A stretch of DNA of 64,000 nucleotides from the human T2T-CHM13v2.0 reference genome, Homo sapiens, in contig CP068257.2 in the NCBI GenBank assembly GCA_009914755.4, positions 22,176,001 through 22,240,000 of the forward strand. The letters run 5' to 3'. Positions 1 through 14,808 of the stretch are shown one piece after another. Below the pieces are notes generated by a model. It did not search any database. It worked only from the letters and a program-made list of their open reading frames with translations, and was not told where the DNA came from. A program made the position numbers and the translations under genes. How positions within the stretch are numbered: the first letter of the stretch is position 1; every line of letters starts with the position of its first letter.

Positions 1-91
1 GATCCTGCCACTGCACTCCAGCACTCCAGCACTCCAGGCTGGGTGACAGAGTAAGAGTCTTTCTGGAAAAAAAAAAAAAAAAAAAAAAAAA
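1..91 (+). mobile_element. Alu SINE, 3'-terminal fragment cut by the window edge, with poly(A) tail at 67-91
   Basis: Matches the Alu right-arm end ...gcactccagcctgggtgacagagtaagagtct followed by a 25-nt A run. Contains an internal gcactccagc duplication. Confidence 0.85.
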
Positions 92-544
92 GGTATAGCT
101 TATGGTCCCTTAGAATCTTGAGGAAAATCTAAGAAAATAGAACTAATATGGTAGTACGTATCTTCTTCCATGATAAACTTTATCAGAGTAACTCAAATAC
201 AAACCATAGAATAGCAACTAAGCTGTTTTTTTCCATTCTCTTGTTGAAGTGGTTTGAGTCCTTAGCTGGCACCATGATGGATTGGAATTGCAAGAGGGGG
301 AAACATCGAGGAAGGAGAAAGGAAAGAGGTAGCTGGGAGTTAGGGAGAGCCTTTAGACAGGAGAGAAAGTCTTAACAAGGACAACATGTGAAAGGAGGGA
401 GGTAAAAATGGAGATTCATAGAAAAAGATTTCAATGGTAGTGCAGCTCTGAAAATGGAAAGTCTAGAGAAAAGACAGTCTATTAGCATAATTCACTGTTG
501 AGTAGGAGTGACCAAGATTTAGTAACACTTTTATGCTCAACTAT

Positions 545-2090
545 TGTCTGGGAGCAAGTATAGTCCAAAATTAAGTATCTTCTAACATATAATAGGGGAG
601 GAAACCTATGGGATCTTGCATTTGGTGATGTGGTTTCAGACCCGAAAGTACAATTGATGATAGAAAAAAAGGACGAACTGGACGTTATTAAAATTTCAAA
701 TTTCTTCTCTGTGGCAATGTTAAGAGAAATAAAAGACGTGCCACAAACTTGAAGAAACTATTTGCAGAGCACATATCTGATAAGGGGCTTGCATCCAAAA
801 CTTACAAAAACTAGTATTCAGCAGTATGAAAAAAATTAAAATGGGCAAAAGATACGAAAAGACACCTCACCAAATAAGATACACAGATGTCAAACCCAAG
901 ACAAGATGCTCAACATTATTTGTCAATAAGAAATTGCAAATTAGAACAGTGAGATAGCTCTACACACCTAATATAAAGGATAAAATAAAACAACAACAAC
1001 AATTAAAAAAAAACAAAACTCACAATACCAAATGCTGGTGAGGATGTGGAGCAATAGAAACAATGTCCATTGGGCCGGGCAAGGTGGCTCACATCTGTCA
1101 TCCCAGCATTTTGGGAGGCCAAGGTGGGCAGATCACGAGGTCAGGAGATCGAGACCATCCTGGCTAACACAGTGAAAACCCATCTCTACTAAAAAAATAT
1201 AAAAAATTAGCCAGGCGTGGTGGCGGGCGCCTGTGGTCCAGCTACTCGGGAGGCTGAGGCAGGAGAATGGCGTGAACCCAGGAGGCGGAGCTTGCAGCGA
1301 GACGAGATCGGGACACTGCACTCCAGCCTGGGGGACAGAGTCAGACTCCGTCTCAAACAAAAAAAAAAAAAAAAAAAAAAAAAAAAACAAGAAAAAAAAG
1401 AAACCACATCCATTGTTGGTTGGAATGAAGACTAATACAGCCACTTTTTAAGACAGTGTGGAAGTTTCTTACAAAATTAAACATAGCCTTATCAGATATT
1501 TCATAGATGGTGCTCCTGGGTACTTACCCAATTGACTTGAAAACTTATGATCACACAAATAATTTTATGTAAGTATTTACAATAACTTTAATTATAATTG
1601 CCCAAAACTGGAACAGACCAAGATATCCTGCATAGTGAATGGATAAACAGACTATATACAAAGAAACATTTTCAGCAACAAAAAGAAATGCACTATCATA
1701 TTATGAGAAGACACGATGAAACCATAAATGCATATTGATAATAAATGATGCCAGTCTGGAAAGGTCCCATAATGTGCAATTCCAATTATATGACATTCTG
1801 GAAGGGGCAAAACTATAGAGACAGTAAAAGGATCACTGATTGCCAAGCATTGGAGGAGTGTTGTATGTTAAGGGTTGAGTACTTAAAACATTTAGTACTC
1901 ACGTACCCCTGAACCTAAAAGTTTTTTTTTTAATTGGGTAATTTTATAGAATGCTGAAACTATTGTGTAAGATACTGTAAAGGTGAATGCAGAGATTATG
2001 CATTTGTCAAAATCTGTAGAATTTTACAACACAGTGAATCGTAAGGTATGCGAATTTAAAAATATCATTTAGGCTATGGAGAGATCTGAA
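545..2090 (+). mobile_element. LINE-1 3' portion (ORF2 C-terminal region plus 3' UTR), old L1M/L1P-type subfamily, split by the Alu at 1073-1399
   Basis: Colinear similarity to the L1 ORF2 3' end and 3' UTR consensus. Recognisable blocks include gaaactatttgcagagcacatatctgataagggg, atgggcaaaagatacgaaaagacacc, ccaaatgctggtgaggatgtggagcaatag, gaatggataaacagactatatacaaag, ggcaaaactatagagacagtaaaag and gtacccctgaacctaaaagtt. The Alu sits exactly between L1 positions cattg and gttggaatg. The 5' boundary near 545 is uncertain. Confidence 0.6.
1073..1399 (+). mobile_element. Alu SINE, full length, AluS/Y-like, inserted into the L1 above
   Basis: Starts ggccgggcaaggtggctcac, has the mid A-rich linker, right arm ...gcactccagcctgggggacagagtcagactccgtctcaaa, and an A tail of about 30 nt (1359-1399). 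Confidence 0.95.
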
Positions 2091-2910
2091 GAAGGAAGGC
2101 AGACTGGGAAAATCCAGCTATATTACAAATGTCTAAATTAATCTCACAGAAGAAATTGGTGATGCAGGAAAGGTACTGACCTAAGTAACTTTGAAAGTAA
2201 GTGCAGTCTGCAAGACTAAAGACAAAATTAACTGCAAATATACCCCCACCACACCACCCAGGGGTGCAGTTAACAATTCCGAAGCTGCTATACATGTATA
2301 TAGGAATTGAACGATTAAGCTAGTGAATGGCAGATGATGGTTCAAATTTGGAGTAGGCTTTTACAGCAAAACAATAGGAGGAGGCTAGGATGATCCCTGC
2401 ATAATGGGTTAGAGCTGGAGACATTACTAAGAACTCATGTTTAGCTTAATATGGATACAGTTGATTACATATTAGAAACATTTATTGATATATTAATAGG
2501 TGCATACCTAGATTAGTATATGCACATATGTTTCATTTTTTGTCCGCTGAGAGTGGCTAAAATAAATGACACCCCAGTAGTATGAAATATACCTACTGCC
2601 CAGATCATAGTTGTTGATATCATAATCCACAAAAAGGAACAGTGTTTCCTGGGGAGATGGCTGAAACTAGGATGAAAGCAGGAAATTTATAAGCCTGAAT
2701 CACCCTGTAGTGCCTTAAAGTAAGAAAGAGCTAAAAATAAGAAACAAAAATAAACCCATTCCAGAAAACTGAGGTTAGGGGGATGCACAAGGAGCCAACA
2801 GGCAAAGCTGAAACAATTTGAGCAACAGTAGTTAAAAAGTGCTTTTGGATGATAACCTGAGGTATAAAATAAACATGCATTTATACTGATATAAATAAAT
2901 TATTTTGTAA

Positions 2911-3290
<380 letters not shown>

Positions 3291-4386
3291 AACTTCTCCC
3301 TTCTTAAGAGTCCGCTGTGCATTGTGACTTCAATCCAAAGAGTTCAATATGGAAAGCAAAGGGGCAAAAAAAAAAGACTAATGTTATGGTGGAGAAACTT
3401 GACAATCACTACTTCAGTCATGTGATCAACTCTAGGTCAGCAATCATAAATTATGTTAGTGGTATGTTCCCTCAGTACAATGTAATAATCATGGCACTTC
3501 ATGAACTTCTCTTCCAAACCTATAACTTTAGTCAAATCAAAGAAAAACATCCAAAAAATTCCAGTAAAGCAGCATGCCATAATATACCTAACCATATTCC
3601 TCAAAATTCTCAAGGTCACCACCAACAAAGACAGACTGAGATATTGTCAAACTGAAGCCAACAACAAAATGAAACGTGGGATGCTGCAAGGAATCCTGGA
3701 AAAAAAAACAAAAAACAAAAAACATCTATAGCACACAGCATCAAGTTCCACCGGCTTTAGTGGATATGCCTAAATTGTTTCCCAATCTTACCACCTACAA
3801 TTTCATCGACTCTCCAAAACTATCTTGTGAAGTGGAAAGAGAATGGATTTTTTAGTCCACTTTATATTTAGAAAACAACAAAAAAAAATGAATCTTTAAT
3901 GAATCATTAAGATGAATCAGGACATATTAGTAATATGGAAAACTGGAATTAAATCTGAAGATGTGGCAATCTTGTACTTAAAATAATAGTGCAGTAGCAG
4001 CTGTAGAGATTGAGTTGCTGTTGCAGCAGCATAATTGATATCAACATGTCTTAGACATGAATATAATGTAAATATTGCTAATTCTCTATTTTAGCATACC
4101 CTGGAATTATCTTTTTGTGTCATATAGAAGCAATGCAGTAGAGAGCAACCAATCCACCATGATTGTTTCCTGGCATATTTTCTTTAATCATTATCACATA
4201 GCCAGCGGATTTATTTCGACCATAATAGCAGATGATTTATTATTTTGAGGCTACAGAATGAGACAGCTGAAAGGGGGTTTTGAAATGGAAATTGTGACAT
4301 TTACTGTGGGAGCAATGATCTTATACAGAAGCCAGGTGGTGACTGTTTACCATTCAGACAGATGGAGGTCCTGCAGTAGAGTTATT

Positions 4387-4406
4387 TGTGTGTGTGTGTG
4401 TGTGTG
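4387..4406. repeat. (TG)n microsatellite, about 10 units
   Basis: The run tgtgtgtgtgtgtgtgtgtg is directly visible. Confidence 0.9.
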
Positions 4407-5413
4407 CTTATTTTTTTTCTGTTAGAAAAATTAGCTTAAATAATTCAAGTTTCTTTTTTTCTTCCTTGCTAGACTGGTGCACTGTGCAAAACGAAGTATT
4501 AAAAGACTTTTTCTACTGAGCAAAATGCAGTTTTGTGTATGTCGATTTCCTTTTGTGTCACCGCAATTGTTTTAGCCATTTCAAGTTTTCATAACACTGT
4601 AGTGACCAGTTAACATGACCAAATGGTAGTAAGGATCCCATGCAACTATAATTATAAAGATCTATGACAATAATACAATAAACATTTGTCTCAGGAGAAT
4701 TGCCTAAATTGACTTTCTATGTATCTTTCAGACAGTATGAACATTAAAACAATAATATTAATATTTCTTAAACATTCGGCCTATTTGCTTAGAAATTTTA
4801 TAGCAAGCCCTACTGCTAAATATTGAATTGAAGAGGTCTTCGCATGTTATAGCCAAATTTACTCTTTGAAGTGTGCGTTAACACTCATTTTGTTAGTTTT
4901 TGCGTGTATACCCTGTAGTTATATTCTGAAAAAAAGGTAGATGAATGAAAGTAATAGATAGCTGTTGCTCATACATTTTAATTATGTGAATTATAAGTTT
5001 TGATTGTCCACATACAATGTCAGTACTAGAAGGAAACTTTGATTCATCTAATCTAACCAATGTGGTCAAATAAAGCTAAGGATAATGTCATAGATTACGA
5101 CTTCACTTATTCCATGAAAGTCTAGACTCCACAATCTGATAACCTACACATTTCTAATTTATCAGGCAAATCTGAATAAAAGCCATCATAATGTATGTTT
5201 GGCCAAGAGATTGTGATGTGGTCAGAAACTGCCTTGGGGTGTACCACAGTCAGCTCATCTGACAGAAAAGACGCCTGTTCTTGGCCAAAAATTAAAGAAG
5301 CATTATATCCTTAAAATTTATGGAATCGTCTTCCTTAACCCAATTGAAAACATAGCTCCTAGATGCATTTTAAAAAAAGGTAATTTTATTTTCTTTTTCT
5401 TTTTTCTTTTTCC

Positions 5414-5702
5414 TTTTTTTTTTTTTTGAGACAGAGTCTCACTTTGTTACCCAGGCTAGAGTGCACTGGCACAATCTCTCTCACTACAACCTCCTCCCAG
5501 GTTCAAGTGATCCTCCTGCCTCAGCCCCCCTAGTAGCTGGGATTGCAGGCACCCATCACCACGCCTGGCTAATTTTTGTATTTTTAGTAGAGACAGGGTT
5601 TCACCATGTTGACCAGGCTGGTCTCAAACTGCTGACCTCATGTTCTGCCCGCCTCAGGTTCCTAAAGTGCTGGGATTACAGGCGTGAGCCACTGAGCCCG
5701 CC
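5414..5702 (-). mobile_element. Alu SINE, antisense, AluS-like
   Basis: Poly(T) then gagacagagtctcactttgttacccaggctagagtgcactggcacaatctc ... ctgggattacaggcgtgagccactgagcccgcc. Confidence 0.95.
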
Positions 5703-6339
5703 TGAGTCCTATATAATATTTTAACTACTTGCTTGTTTTCTCCTTACCTATGCTGAAAAGAAAGATTCATATTAGACTCCTTGATGATAGCCTTTTCAAT
5801 ATGAAACATGAGGCATGCAAAGAAGTAGTAAAATGATATATTAATTAAATCTTAATATTATTAAAGAAGTTTAATTTAGATGGAAAACATTAATTATATG
5901 TTTAGTGGAGGCAAGAGACAGTTTACCTGCCATATGTGGAGCATCTAATAGTTTTCCATTTTGTAAAAAGTGTCTCTCTAATTGTACATATAATTAAATG
6001 CTTATATATACACTGATTTTAAAGTATCCAGGAATCTACACACTGCATGTTAAAAAATGGGTGTATACTTTTCATGCAAGTTATATCATTTTTTTCTCCT
6101 TTTCTTATCTAGGTATTTTGAGATTCCCTCAATGCACTTGTATAACTTGGACATTACAGAAATACTAAAAGAGATACTCACTTGCTAATTATCTTGGTCC
6201 CTTCTGGCTGCTTAGCAAAATATCTTAGACTGGACAATTTTTAAACAACATAATGTATTTATCAAGCTTCTAGTGGCTAGGGAGTTCAAGATCAAAGTGT
6301 GGAAAGATTCAATGTCTATAAGAACATTTTGTTTCAAAG

Positions 6340-6690
6340 ATGGTGGCAAAAGTTAGGGAAGAGGGAGGGGTAAATAGGCAGGGCACAGGGAGGTTTCAGG
6401 GCAGCTAAACTACTCTGAAAATATTATAATGGTGCAAACATGGCTTTATATATTTGCCCAAACCCATAGGTTGCATAATACCAAGATATCTTTGTTGGAC
6501 TTTGGATGATTATGGTGTGTCAATGTAGACTCATCCCTTTTACTATATATACGACCCTGGTGGGAGATACTGGCAATGGGGGAGTTATGCATGTGTGGGC
6601 GTGGAAATGTGTGGGAAACCTTTTATATCTTCTGCTCAATTTTGCTGTGAACCTGAAACATCCCTAAAAATTAAAGTGTATTAAAAGGAA
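6340..6690 (+). mobile_element. LINE-1 3' UTR terminal fragment, old L1 subfamily
   Basis: Matches the L1 3' end blocks gggaggggtaaataggcagggcacaggg, cagggcagctaaactactctgaaaatattataatggtg, tttgcccaaacccataggttgcataataccaag, gtgtgtcaatgtagactcatc, gggggagttatgcatgtgtggg and ctcaattttgctgtgaacctgaaacatccctaaaaattaaagtgtattaaaagg. The preceding 6185-6335 resembles the start of an MLT1-like LTR. Confidence 0.6.
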
Positions 6691-6889
6691 ACTAAATAAA
6701 TCAGACACTAAATGTTTGTAGATAACTCATACATAGATATATCAGTAATTCTATCCGCATGCATCATTGTTATTACTTGACTCAAAAGTTTTAAATCTTT
6801 TTGGAAAATGAATCAAGTGACATCTTATTCAAAATGAAAAACTATGTAATAAATCACTGTTGTAATACAGCTTACTCAACTCTGTATTT

Positions 6890-7440
6890 GTTTTCTATTA
6901 CCACAAACTTAACATAAATTTGTCTCACAGTTCCATAGGCCAGAAGTCTGAAATGGGTCTTACTTGACAAAGATCAAGGTATAGGCAGGCTGTGTTTCTT
7001 TCTGGAAGCTCTAGTAAGTAATTCAGTTCTTTGTAACAACATTCAGGTTCGTGAGAGCATTCAGTTTCTTGGGGTTGTAGGTCCCTGTTTCCTTTCTGGT
7101 TGCCAGGGACCACCTACCTTCCTTGGCTTACTGCTTTCTTGATCTTCAAAGCCATGAGTGGTAAGCCAAGCCTCTTTCACATTGTTAAATATTTTCTGTC
7201 TCTTCTTTTGCATCTCTCTGATGTTCCTATTTTTCTTCTTCCATTTTGAAAGCCTCATGTAATTACTTTGGGCCCCATAGATAATTCAGAATGATCTCCT
7301 CATATTAGGATCTACAATGTTAATCACCTCTGGGGTCCTCATTTTGCCATGTATTGTAATTTATTTACAGGTTGTGTGATTAAGGTGTGAACTTTCTGGA
7401 TGTCAGGCATTATTCTGCCTACCACAAGTTCACATATATT
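6890..7440 (+). mobile_element. MaLR-type (MLT1-like) ancient LTR
   Basis: Recalled MLT1-type consensus blocks: ccacaaacttaa...ttgtctcacagttc, ggccagaagtctgaaatgggtcttacttgac, aagatcaaggt, ttcctttctgg, cttgatcttcaaagcca, and ends ggcattattctgcctaccaca. The exact subfamily is not determined. Confidence 0.45.
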
Positions 7441-7448
7441 AAATATAC

Positions 7449-7748
7449 TGATATGGTTTGGCTGTGTCCCCACCCAAATCTTTTCTTGAAATTTAGCTCC
7501 CATAATCCCCACGTGTCATCGGAGGGACCCCGTGGGAGGTAATTACATCATGAGGGCGGGTTTTTCCTGTGCTGTTCTTGTGTTAGCAAATAAGTCTCAT
7601 TGGCTCTGATTGTTTTATAAAGGACAGTTTATAAAACTGTGAGGCCTCCCCAGTCATGTGGAACTGTGAGTCCATTAAACCTCTTTCTCTTTGTAAATTA
7701 CCTAGTCTCAGGTATTTCTTCATAACAGCATGAGAACAGACTAATACA
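7449..7748 (+). mobile_element. THE1/MST-class MaLR solo LTR, internally deleted (about 300 bp of about 360)
   Basis: Starts tgatatggtttggctgtgtccccacccaaatc and ends ccattaaacctctttctctttgtaaattacctagtctcaggtatttcttcataacagcatgagaacagactaataca, matching both THE1-type LTR termini. Confidence 0.65.
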
Positions 7749-8902
7749 TACTTATATAAGTAATTATAAGTATATTATATGTAGTTCAGAAAATAATTTC
7801 TAACTTTTCTATGCAATAGAAGATGGGGATTAAAATTCCAGATAATTAAGTTGATACCAGGACCTCACTTTATTTAATCTCTTAAGAGATTAATTAAGCA
7901 TAAACATTTACATATAGTTAATGGTGGAGATTATGCTGCTATTATAAAAGGTAAAATTTTGATCATCACAAACTATATGGAAATTATTACCCTGAATTTC
8001 AGGATAACTATTTATCACAATTAAATAAGCCAGACAAGAAACAGATACTGTAAACAGACAGGGAAGTTCTCTAGGGATTATAGGATTTTAATCAACTTAA
8101 GCCATCAGCCTGTTTTATAGCCTCTTGCCCTCTAGCCTGTTTCTTCCTAAATCTTGTGTGGAATTCGGTCACCTAAGTGGGCCACCTAAGCTCCTGGCAG
8201 ACTCCAGCAACTTATAGATGAACTCGAGTAACTTTCCTTATTCCTGTACTAAAGTCTCCGCCCCAAGAGGAGATATGGTTTCGTTACCATAATATGCCAC
8301 CTATGTGCAGGCAAAGTGACTCACTGCTTTTGGGCAGCAAAGACTCCTTCTCTACATGTGATGGGCACCCTCTCCCCTCTCCATCACCTCATAAAACCCT
8401 CCTGTCACTTACTCTAGGGGAGATACTGCTCTGGAGAATACTCCTAGTTTTCTCCTTCCTTGCCAGGCAATAACACCCCTCTTGAGAAAAACCTGCATCC
8501 TTGTGAAGAGTCATTGGTTACTTTCCAGGTGAATGAACCCTGTTTTTGGGGGGTAACAATACCACTTCCCAAAGAAGAACAGGTAATGGAAAAGAATTAT
8601 GGTAGCAGTCCAGACTTTAGAAGATAGGTTTGATGAACACAGTTGTAGCATTTGAAAATGAAGAAATAAGAAAGATGGCTAAATAACTGGCAGATGTTTG
8701 CAGGCTGTCTAGAGGCTACTTGCAGTTACAGGAAAAGACAGAAAAAAGATTTTGGAGAAATTCATATGTAATATATTTTGAAATCAACTGGGATTATGAA
8801 TAAATTTCAAAAGTATATGTTTTAAAAGAGAATCATAGGCAAAGCAATTGAATTACTAATTACTGTACCTGCATATACACATCAATATAAGTATACAGAT
8901 AT

Positions 8903-8962
8903 GTATGTGTGTATGTTTGTGTGTCTGTGTGTGTGTATGTATATATATATATATATATATAA
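8903..8962. repeat. Compound microsatellite (TG/TATG)n followed by (TA)n
   Basis: The stretch atgtatgtgtgtatgtttgtgtgtctgtgtgtgtgtatgt followed by atatatatatatatatatatat is directly visible. An Alu is inserted right next to it. Confidence 0.9.
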
Positions 8963-8978
8963 TATTTATATGTAAATA

Positions 8979-9266
<288 letters not shown>

Positions 9267-11198
9267 ATATATGTAAATATATAGAAAAATATACGAAAAG
9301 CATACAAATATATGACTGCACACTAGATATTGACACTCTGCTAATTGCTAATAGCATGTATCTATATTTATAAAATTAGTTTCAGGCTCTAAGCAAATGG
9401 TTGTTTTTCCAAGGTTATTAGAAATATAATGAACAATAATATTGTATATAAATGCACATAAATTTAGCCTTTTGAAGGCATAAATATATATCTGAATGTG
9501 TATATGTATGTACATATTCTTGTATGTGTGTATGTGCATACTCGCCCTTCACAGCATCAAGAACACTGGGAATACTGTATTTCAAAAGTAGAAACAAAAG
9601 TCAGTGATTTGGGTAAGAATTGAAGTGATATTAACCAAATGAACATAAAATGCTTAGTGTCTTCTATTTTAGTCATCTTCTAGTAAGTTCTCTGTAGTAG
9701 ATTTACACATCAGAACTAATAATAAATAAGAAGAAATGAACATGTTACTCTTACGTATGTTTTATTTTGAATTCCAATGTAGATATCTGTGATACATTGA
9801 AATAAATCAGTATTTTTTCTTAAATTTCTTAAATTTTCTACTTTATAAAATAATTACGAATATATGATTTCTGATCCACTACCCACATTGCAATTTCATA
9901 TTTCACTATGGAAGAAAAAATGTCCACCTATTACTTCCACAAGCCCCACAGTAAAGCATTTAGAAAAAGAGAGTTCTCCAGTGCAGTGTTACTTATTTAC
10001 CATTGATCTAAACAATAGGCAAAGTGAACTATCGTTAATCATATTTATTTCCCTTCTTTGAAGGAAGATCTCATTATTACAAGTCAACTAACAATAAGGG
10101 TTTATTACTAGAGAGTCAAAGTTTTTAACATGCAATAGTAAATTTTGTAGATCTATATAGTAATTTCAGGTAATAAGTAATAAGACAGATATAATTTTAC
10201 AAATCAGTAAATCAAAAATACAGAGCCCATGCAAACTGGGCTACAAAAATCCTGATCGCTACTATTATATATGTAATAAACTCAAACAGTAAATGACATG
10301 AGCATTAATGCATCATCTGATTCCAGAATTCCTAAGTTCATTAGCCTTTTTAAAATAAAATTTGACCCTTATGTAATATTAATGATAACCTGCTACATGC
10401 ATATTTTAAAATACATTTTAATGTTGGTGTCACTGTTTCAACTGTAAAGACAGGGCACATTTTAAAAACCTATATGGACCACAGCAGAATTTAAAACATT
10501 ACATTGCAGTGGTTGTGATTTTGTTAATAACAAAATCAGCTCTGACATTTTTATTAAAAAGTTTTTTTATTATTATCTAACTAGATACAGACATGCCTTA
10601 TTTACCTAGAACCACAAATGGACACTCTATCACATAGACCTGCTTTTTCAACTAGCATGTGATTCACTCAAGTCTTAGTCTAGAATCCCCTTGTAACCAG
10701 TTTCTGTTGGACTGCTCTGGTAGAACAGTAGTCATGAATAACAAATAAATAAACACTGAAAATCTCTATTTTAAAAGGTGTCTTGATTTTCTATCATAAA
10801 AGGAATAAGTGTAGGCCAAAATCTGATTATACATTACTCAAGATAAAATTATATTCTATCTTATACCAGAAAGGACTGCAAAAAGTAAAAATTCCACATT
10901 GTTAAGCAGCATTAAATGAGTGCTTCTTATTTACTAAATTATTCTGTTGAGATTCTAATACTATTATAACTTGTTAATTTTCAAATATATCTTTATCACT
11001 GGTCTGTAAGCTCCTTAATAATAGGGATTATGCTTTTTATCCATAAGATTAAGATTTTTATCCCTAAGATCTACACTCTTCACTTTATACTAGATGTTCA
11101 ATAGATATTTGACTCATAAGTGAATAACCTGAATTTTTAAAACATTAATGAGTTTTTACTTTTTGTGCATTTATCAACTTTAATTAAGAAATTAATTT

Positions 11199-11527
<329 letters not shown>

Positions 11528-11879
11528 AATACGTGTTTATTGAATGCTTATAATAGGCAACATTGTAGGGCACAATTGGACATAATTTATACATTTGGGA
11601 ATAAAGTAGAAAAGCATTTCAAGTAAGTTTAACAGAATAGGAAAGGAACCATGGTTGGGAAAAGTTAAGACATACATGGTAAGGATGGTGGCTCAGTTCA
11701 GTCAATATAAAAAAATAGGAATTATGTTTGTGACACCCATACAATAGTCCCATAGAACTGATGTTTATAGTTTCTCTGGAATAAACATAGAAATTGACCC
11801 TCCCAGTCTTACAACTTGAAAAAGTTACATTTGTTTTATCTGAGTTCCTTTATCAGGAAATCGACCATCAGGCCTCCCA

Positions 11880-12170
11880 GATAGTATTAGGGAATGGAAA
11901 TTTATCAGATCAACTCATGCGGACAAGGAGAAGCCAGACCCCTGGCCCATCATGACTGCCTATCCCACCTTCTGCCGACCAATTGCCTAACCTGTTGACC
12001 AACTGCTCTACCTTATCTCTCCCTAAATTCTGTTTTTTCACCCATGGTTACATTTCTTCCCTGCTATATAAACCCCTCATTTTAGTCTGTCAGGGAGATG
12101 GATTTGAGACTCCCTTCTCCTTACCAACAGCACTCAAATAATGTCTTCTCCCTTGGCAGTACTTATTATT
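11880..12170 (+). repeat. LTR-like interspersed repeat of unidentified family, copy A. It has a second inverted copy at 21180-21420.
   Basis: The segment catggttacatttcttccctgctatataaacccctcattttagtctgtcagggagatggatttgagactcccttctcc (12041-12120) is about 85% identical to the reverse complement of 21240-21330. Upstream blocks (cccatcatgac...gaccaattgcc) are also shared. It contains a TATATAAA motif. Confidence 0.4.
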
Positions 12171-14712
12171 TCAGTGGATGGCTTTCTGGTCAGGGAGCAG
12201 CAGGACACAGACAGAACTCTTGCTGTTTGGGTAACATTTGTAAGGGAATAATATAGTAAAAGTATTTTGAGACCTGGACAATAGACACCTTAAGAGTTGA
12301 TACATTTGAATATCTTTGATTGTAGACCATGGGAAACGGAGACTGAGAATTTTTGCTGAAATAAAGAAATCCTTAGATTTGTGCTTCAAGAAGTGTAATC
12401 TGCCAGTGAAGCATGAAAAGTATCACAGAAACAGAGAATGGAGGCAGAGAGACAAACGTAATGGTTCTGCCTCTATTTCAAACAGAATATTAAGGCCTTA
12501 AGGATGGTGGAAATAAAAATGAAGAGATGAAAAGAAATGGTAAATATTACAAAAAATGTATAAATAGAACCTACAAATACAGTAAATGTGGGGAAAATGT
12601 ACAGAGGTTTAATCAAGCATGAGGCTCACATTTATATAGTAAAACTGACACTAGAATGGATTTCATGTCTTTAGTATCATAAATTTGACGTGGTAAAACA
12701 TCACAATATTTTTATTCAATGCCACAAGGCATTCGAGTTTGAAAGCTAACCAAGTAGAAAAAAAAATGGTAAAAAGGATAGCTGCCTCAGTTTATAACAT
12801 ATTTTTTCACAGTTTCTCCTGGCATTAACAACAAATAATTCTTCCTTAGGGTGAAAAATGTAGGCAAAACTACTACTTGGCTAAAATTGCTAAATAAGTC
12901 AGCCCAGTCTTATCTGGGCCGAACTTGTATTTCTTGGCTAATGGAAGTTGGTTTTGTGTGTATCACCAATCACGAATCTTCTGAAGAGTTTATATTTTCT
13001 AAAATTGTATATTTTATGTCTTATATAATAAAATGTATGAGCCTGAAGGTTTGGAGACCAGGTTTTAGAAATAATTTTACACCCTAGTGCTTAAATATGC
13101 AATATCCATTCAGTAATTTAGATTAAAAATTACCAAAGCAGGATTCCTCTTGTTACGTTTGTACCATAAGTTAGCTTTGTCTTACTTTCTTCTATATTCT
13201 CAATCAGTTTTTGTAGATAAACCCTTTTTTTACTACTGTCAAGTTATATGCATTAAATTTATTAACCAGCAAAAGTATTTAAAGAGGGCCCTGCTAGATA
13301 CATATTTTATTTTTTTGGCATGCATTTGCATAAGTCTGTCAAAAGAGTATTATGGCTCACTTTTAAACATTCTAGATCCAGATTTTTTCCTTTAAATCTT
13401 GTAGGATGCATAGTAGAAAAATCAAATGTTATTACGGTTAAAATATAAAATGATCCACACTAAAATTTTAAAGAGTTTAACTCTTTAAAATAAAGAGAAT
13501 CAAATTCAAAATCATAGGCGTGTGAAAAGAAGGCTTTTATTTTTTTTAATAGGGTGAACATAGAAATAAAGAAAAGCACCTGTTTTATTGTTTGCAGCTA
13601 TGTAGTGGCCTTATTTGGTCTGTCCCATTGGAAAGTGCCTAGTTATATAACTATAAGTTAACTGGCAACCTGCTATTGGTTAAGCTTAACTTTCTTTTTT
13701 TTTTTTTTAAATATAGGCATTTACACAAAACAGCCTAAATTACATTTCACTTATGTTTGCATATCAAACAAGGTTAAGGCCACTTTCAAGGCCTGTCTTT
13801 TTCTGCTCAGGGATTATTTTCAGGCCTAGTCTCCATTTCATTTTACTTAAACTGGACCAATGACACATGATTACAAATTAGAAATGTATAAATACAAAGA
13901 TAACAGTGTGTAGTTTATGAGACAGATAGGCTCATAAACTGCATTTCTTCTCACACCCAACTTATCTCCATGTGGTGCACCTACCTACATCCTAAAGCAA
14001 AACCTTAAACGCCTTTAAAATAATCCAATGGAAGGAAAAAGGGGAAAAGAAAAAAGAGAGAGGCAAGAAAGAAGGAAGCACAAGTGATGGTAGTGAAAAG
14101 GAGAGACACATCTCTTCAGTTGGAACTTCCTACAGGAGGCTTTGCCAAGCCACCAAGTGATTAATTCAGATTTTGGCTGTGGCTTTCAGGAAAGAACACC
14201 TTGGAACTTTACTATTGAAACAGGAAAAGTTCCTTTGTCCCCCTCGCAGGGCGTGCAATGGGGGTGGGGCTCACTTATACAGCACCCCACTGCTCAGACC
14301 TCTAGGGGAGCATACAGACGGGCAGTCTGTGGGGGCTCCAACCCTACGGCAGTGTCTAGGGGTGAATGTTTACAGCTCCTGAAGCCCCAGTGGGCGTGTG
14401 TTACAGGGTTCTCTTTTAGTTTGGTGTTTATAGGCAGCCTGTGTCAACCAGCTCAATTAGACCCTCTATCTTGTCACAAGGACAGAGGGCTTTCTGTAAC
14501 CTGGGTTCTTGCCCTGGTGTACTGGAAGAATTGGATTACATGTGGGCTTGGAGAATGAATGCAAAGTTTCATTGAGTGGAAGTAGCTCTCTGCCGATAAG
14601 GGAGCCAGATAGGAGATGGATTCCCCTGGAGTTGAGCCACTCGGTGGCCCTGGTTCTCCTCCTACTGCACAGCCAAACTCCACATTGTTCCACCAGTCGG
14701 TGGCCTGCTGGC

Positions 14713-14808
14713 CTGCTGGCGCCTGTCAGCATGCTCTTCTGCTGGCATGCTCTCGTTGACCTGCTGGTGCCTGTCAGCATGCTCTTCTGCTGGCGTGCTC
14801 TCGTTGAC
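14713..14808. repeat. Tandem duplication of a 48-bp unit (2 copies, 2 transition mismatches) within a GC-rich segment
   Basis: ctgctggcgcctgtcagcatgctcttctgctggcatgctctcgttgac is immediately followed by ctgctggtgcctgtcagcatgctcttctgctggcgtgctctcgttgac. Nearby small repeats include cctgctgg x2 and ccagccacttgtgtct x2. Confidence 0.9.
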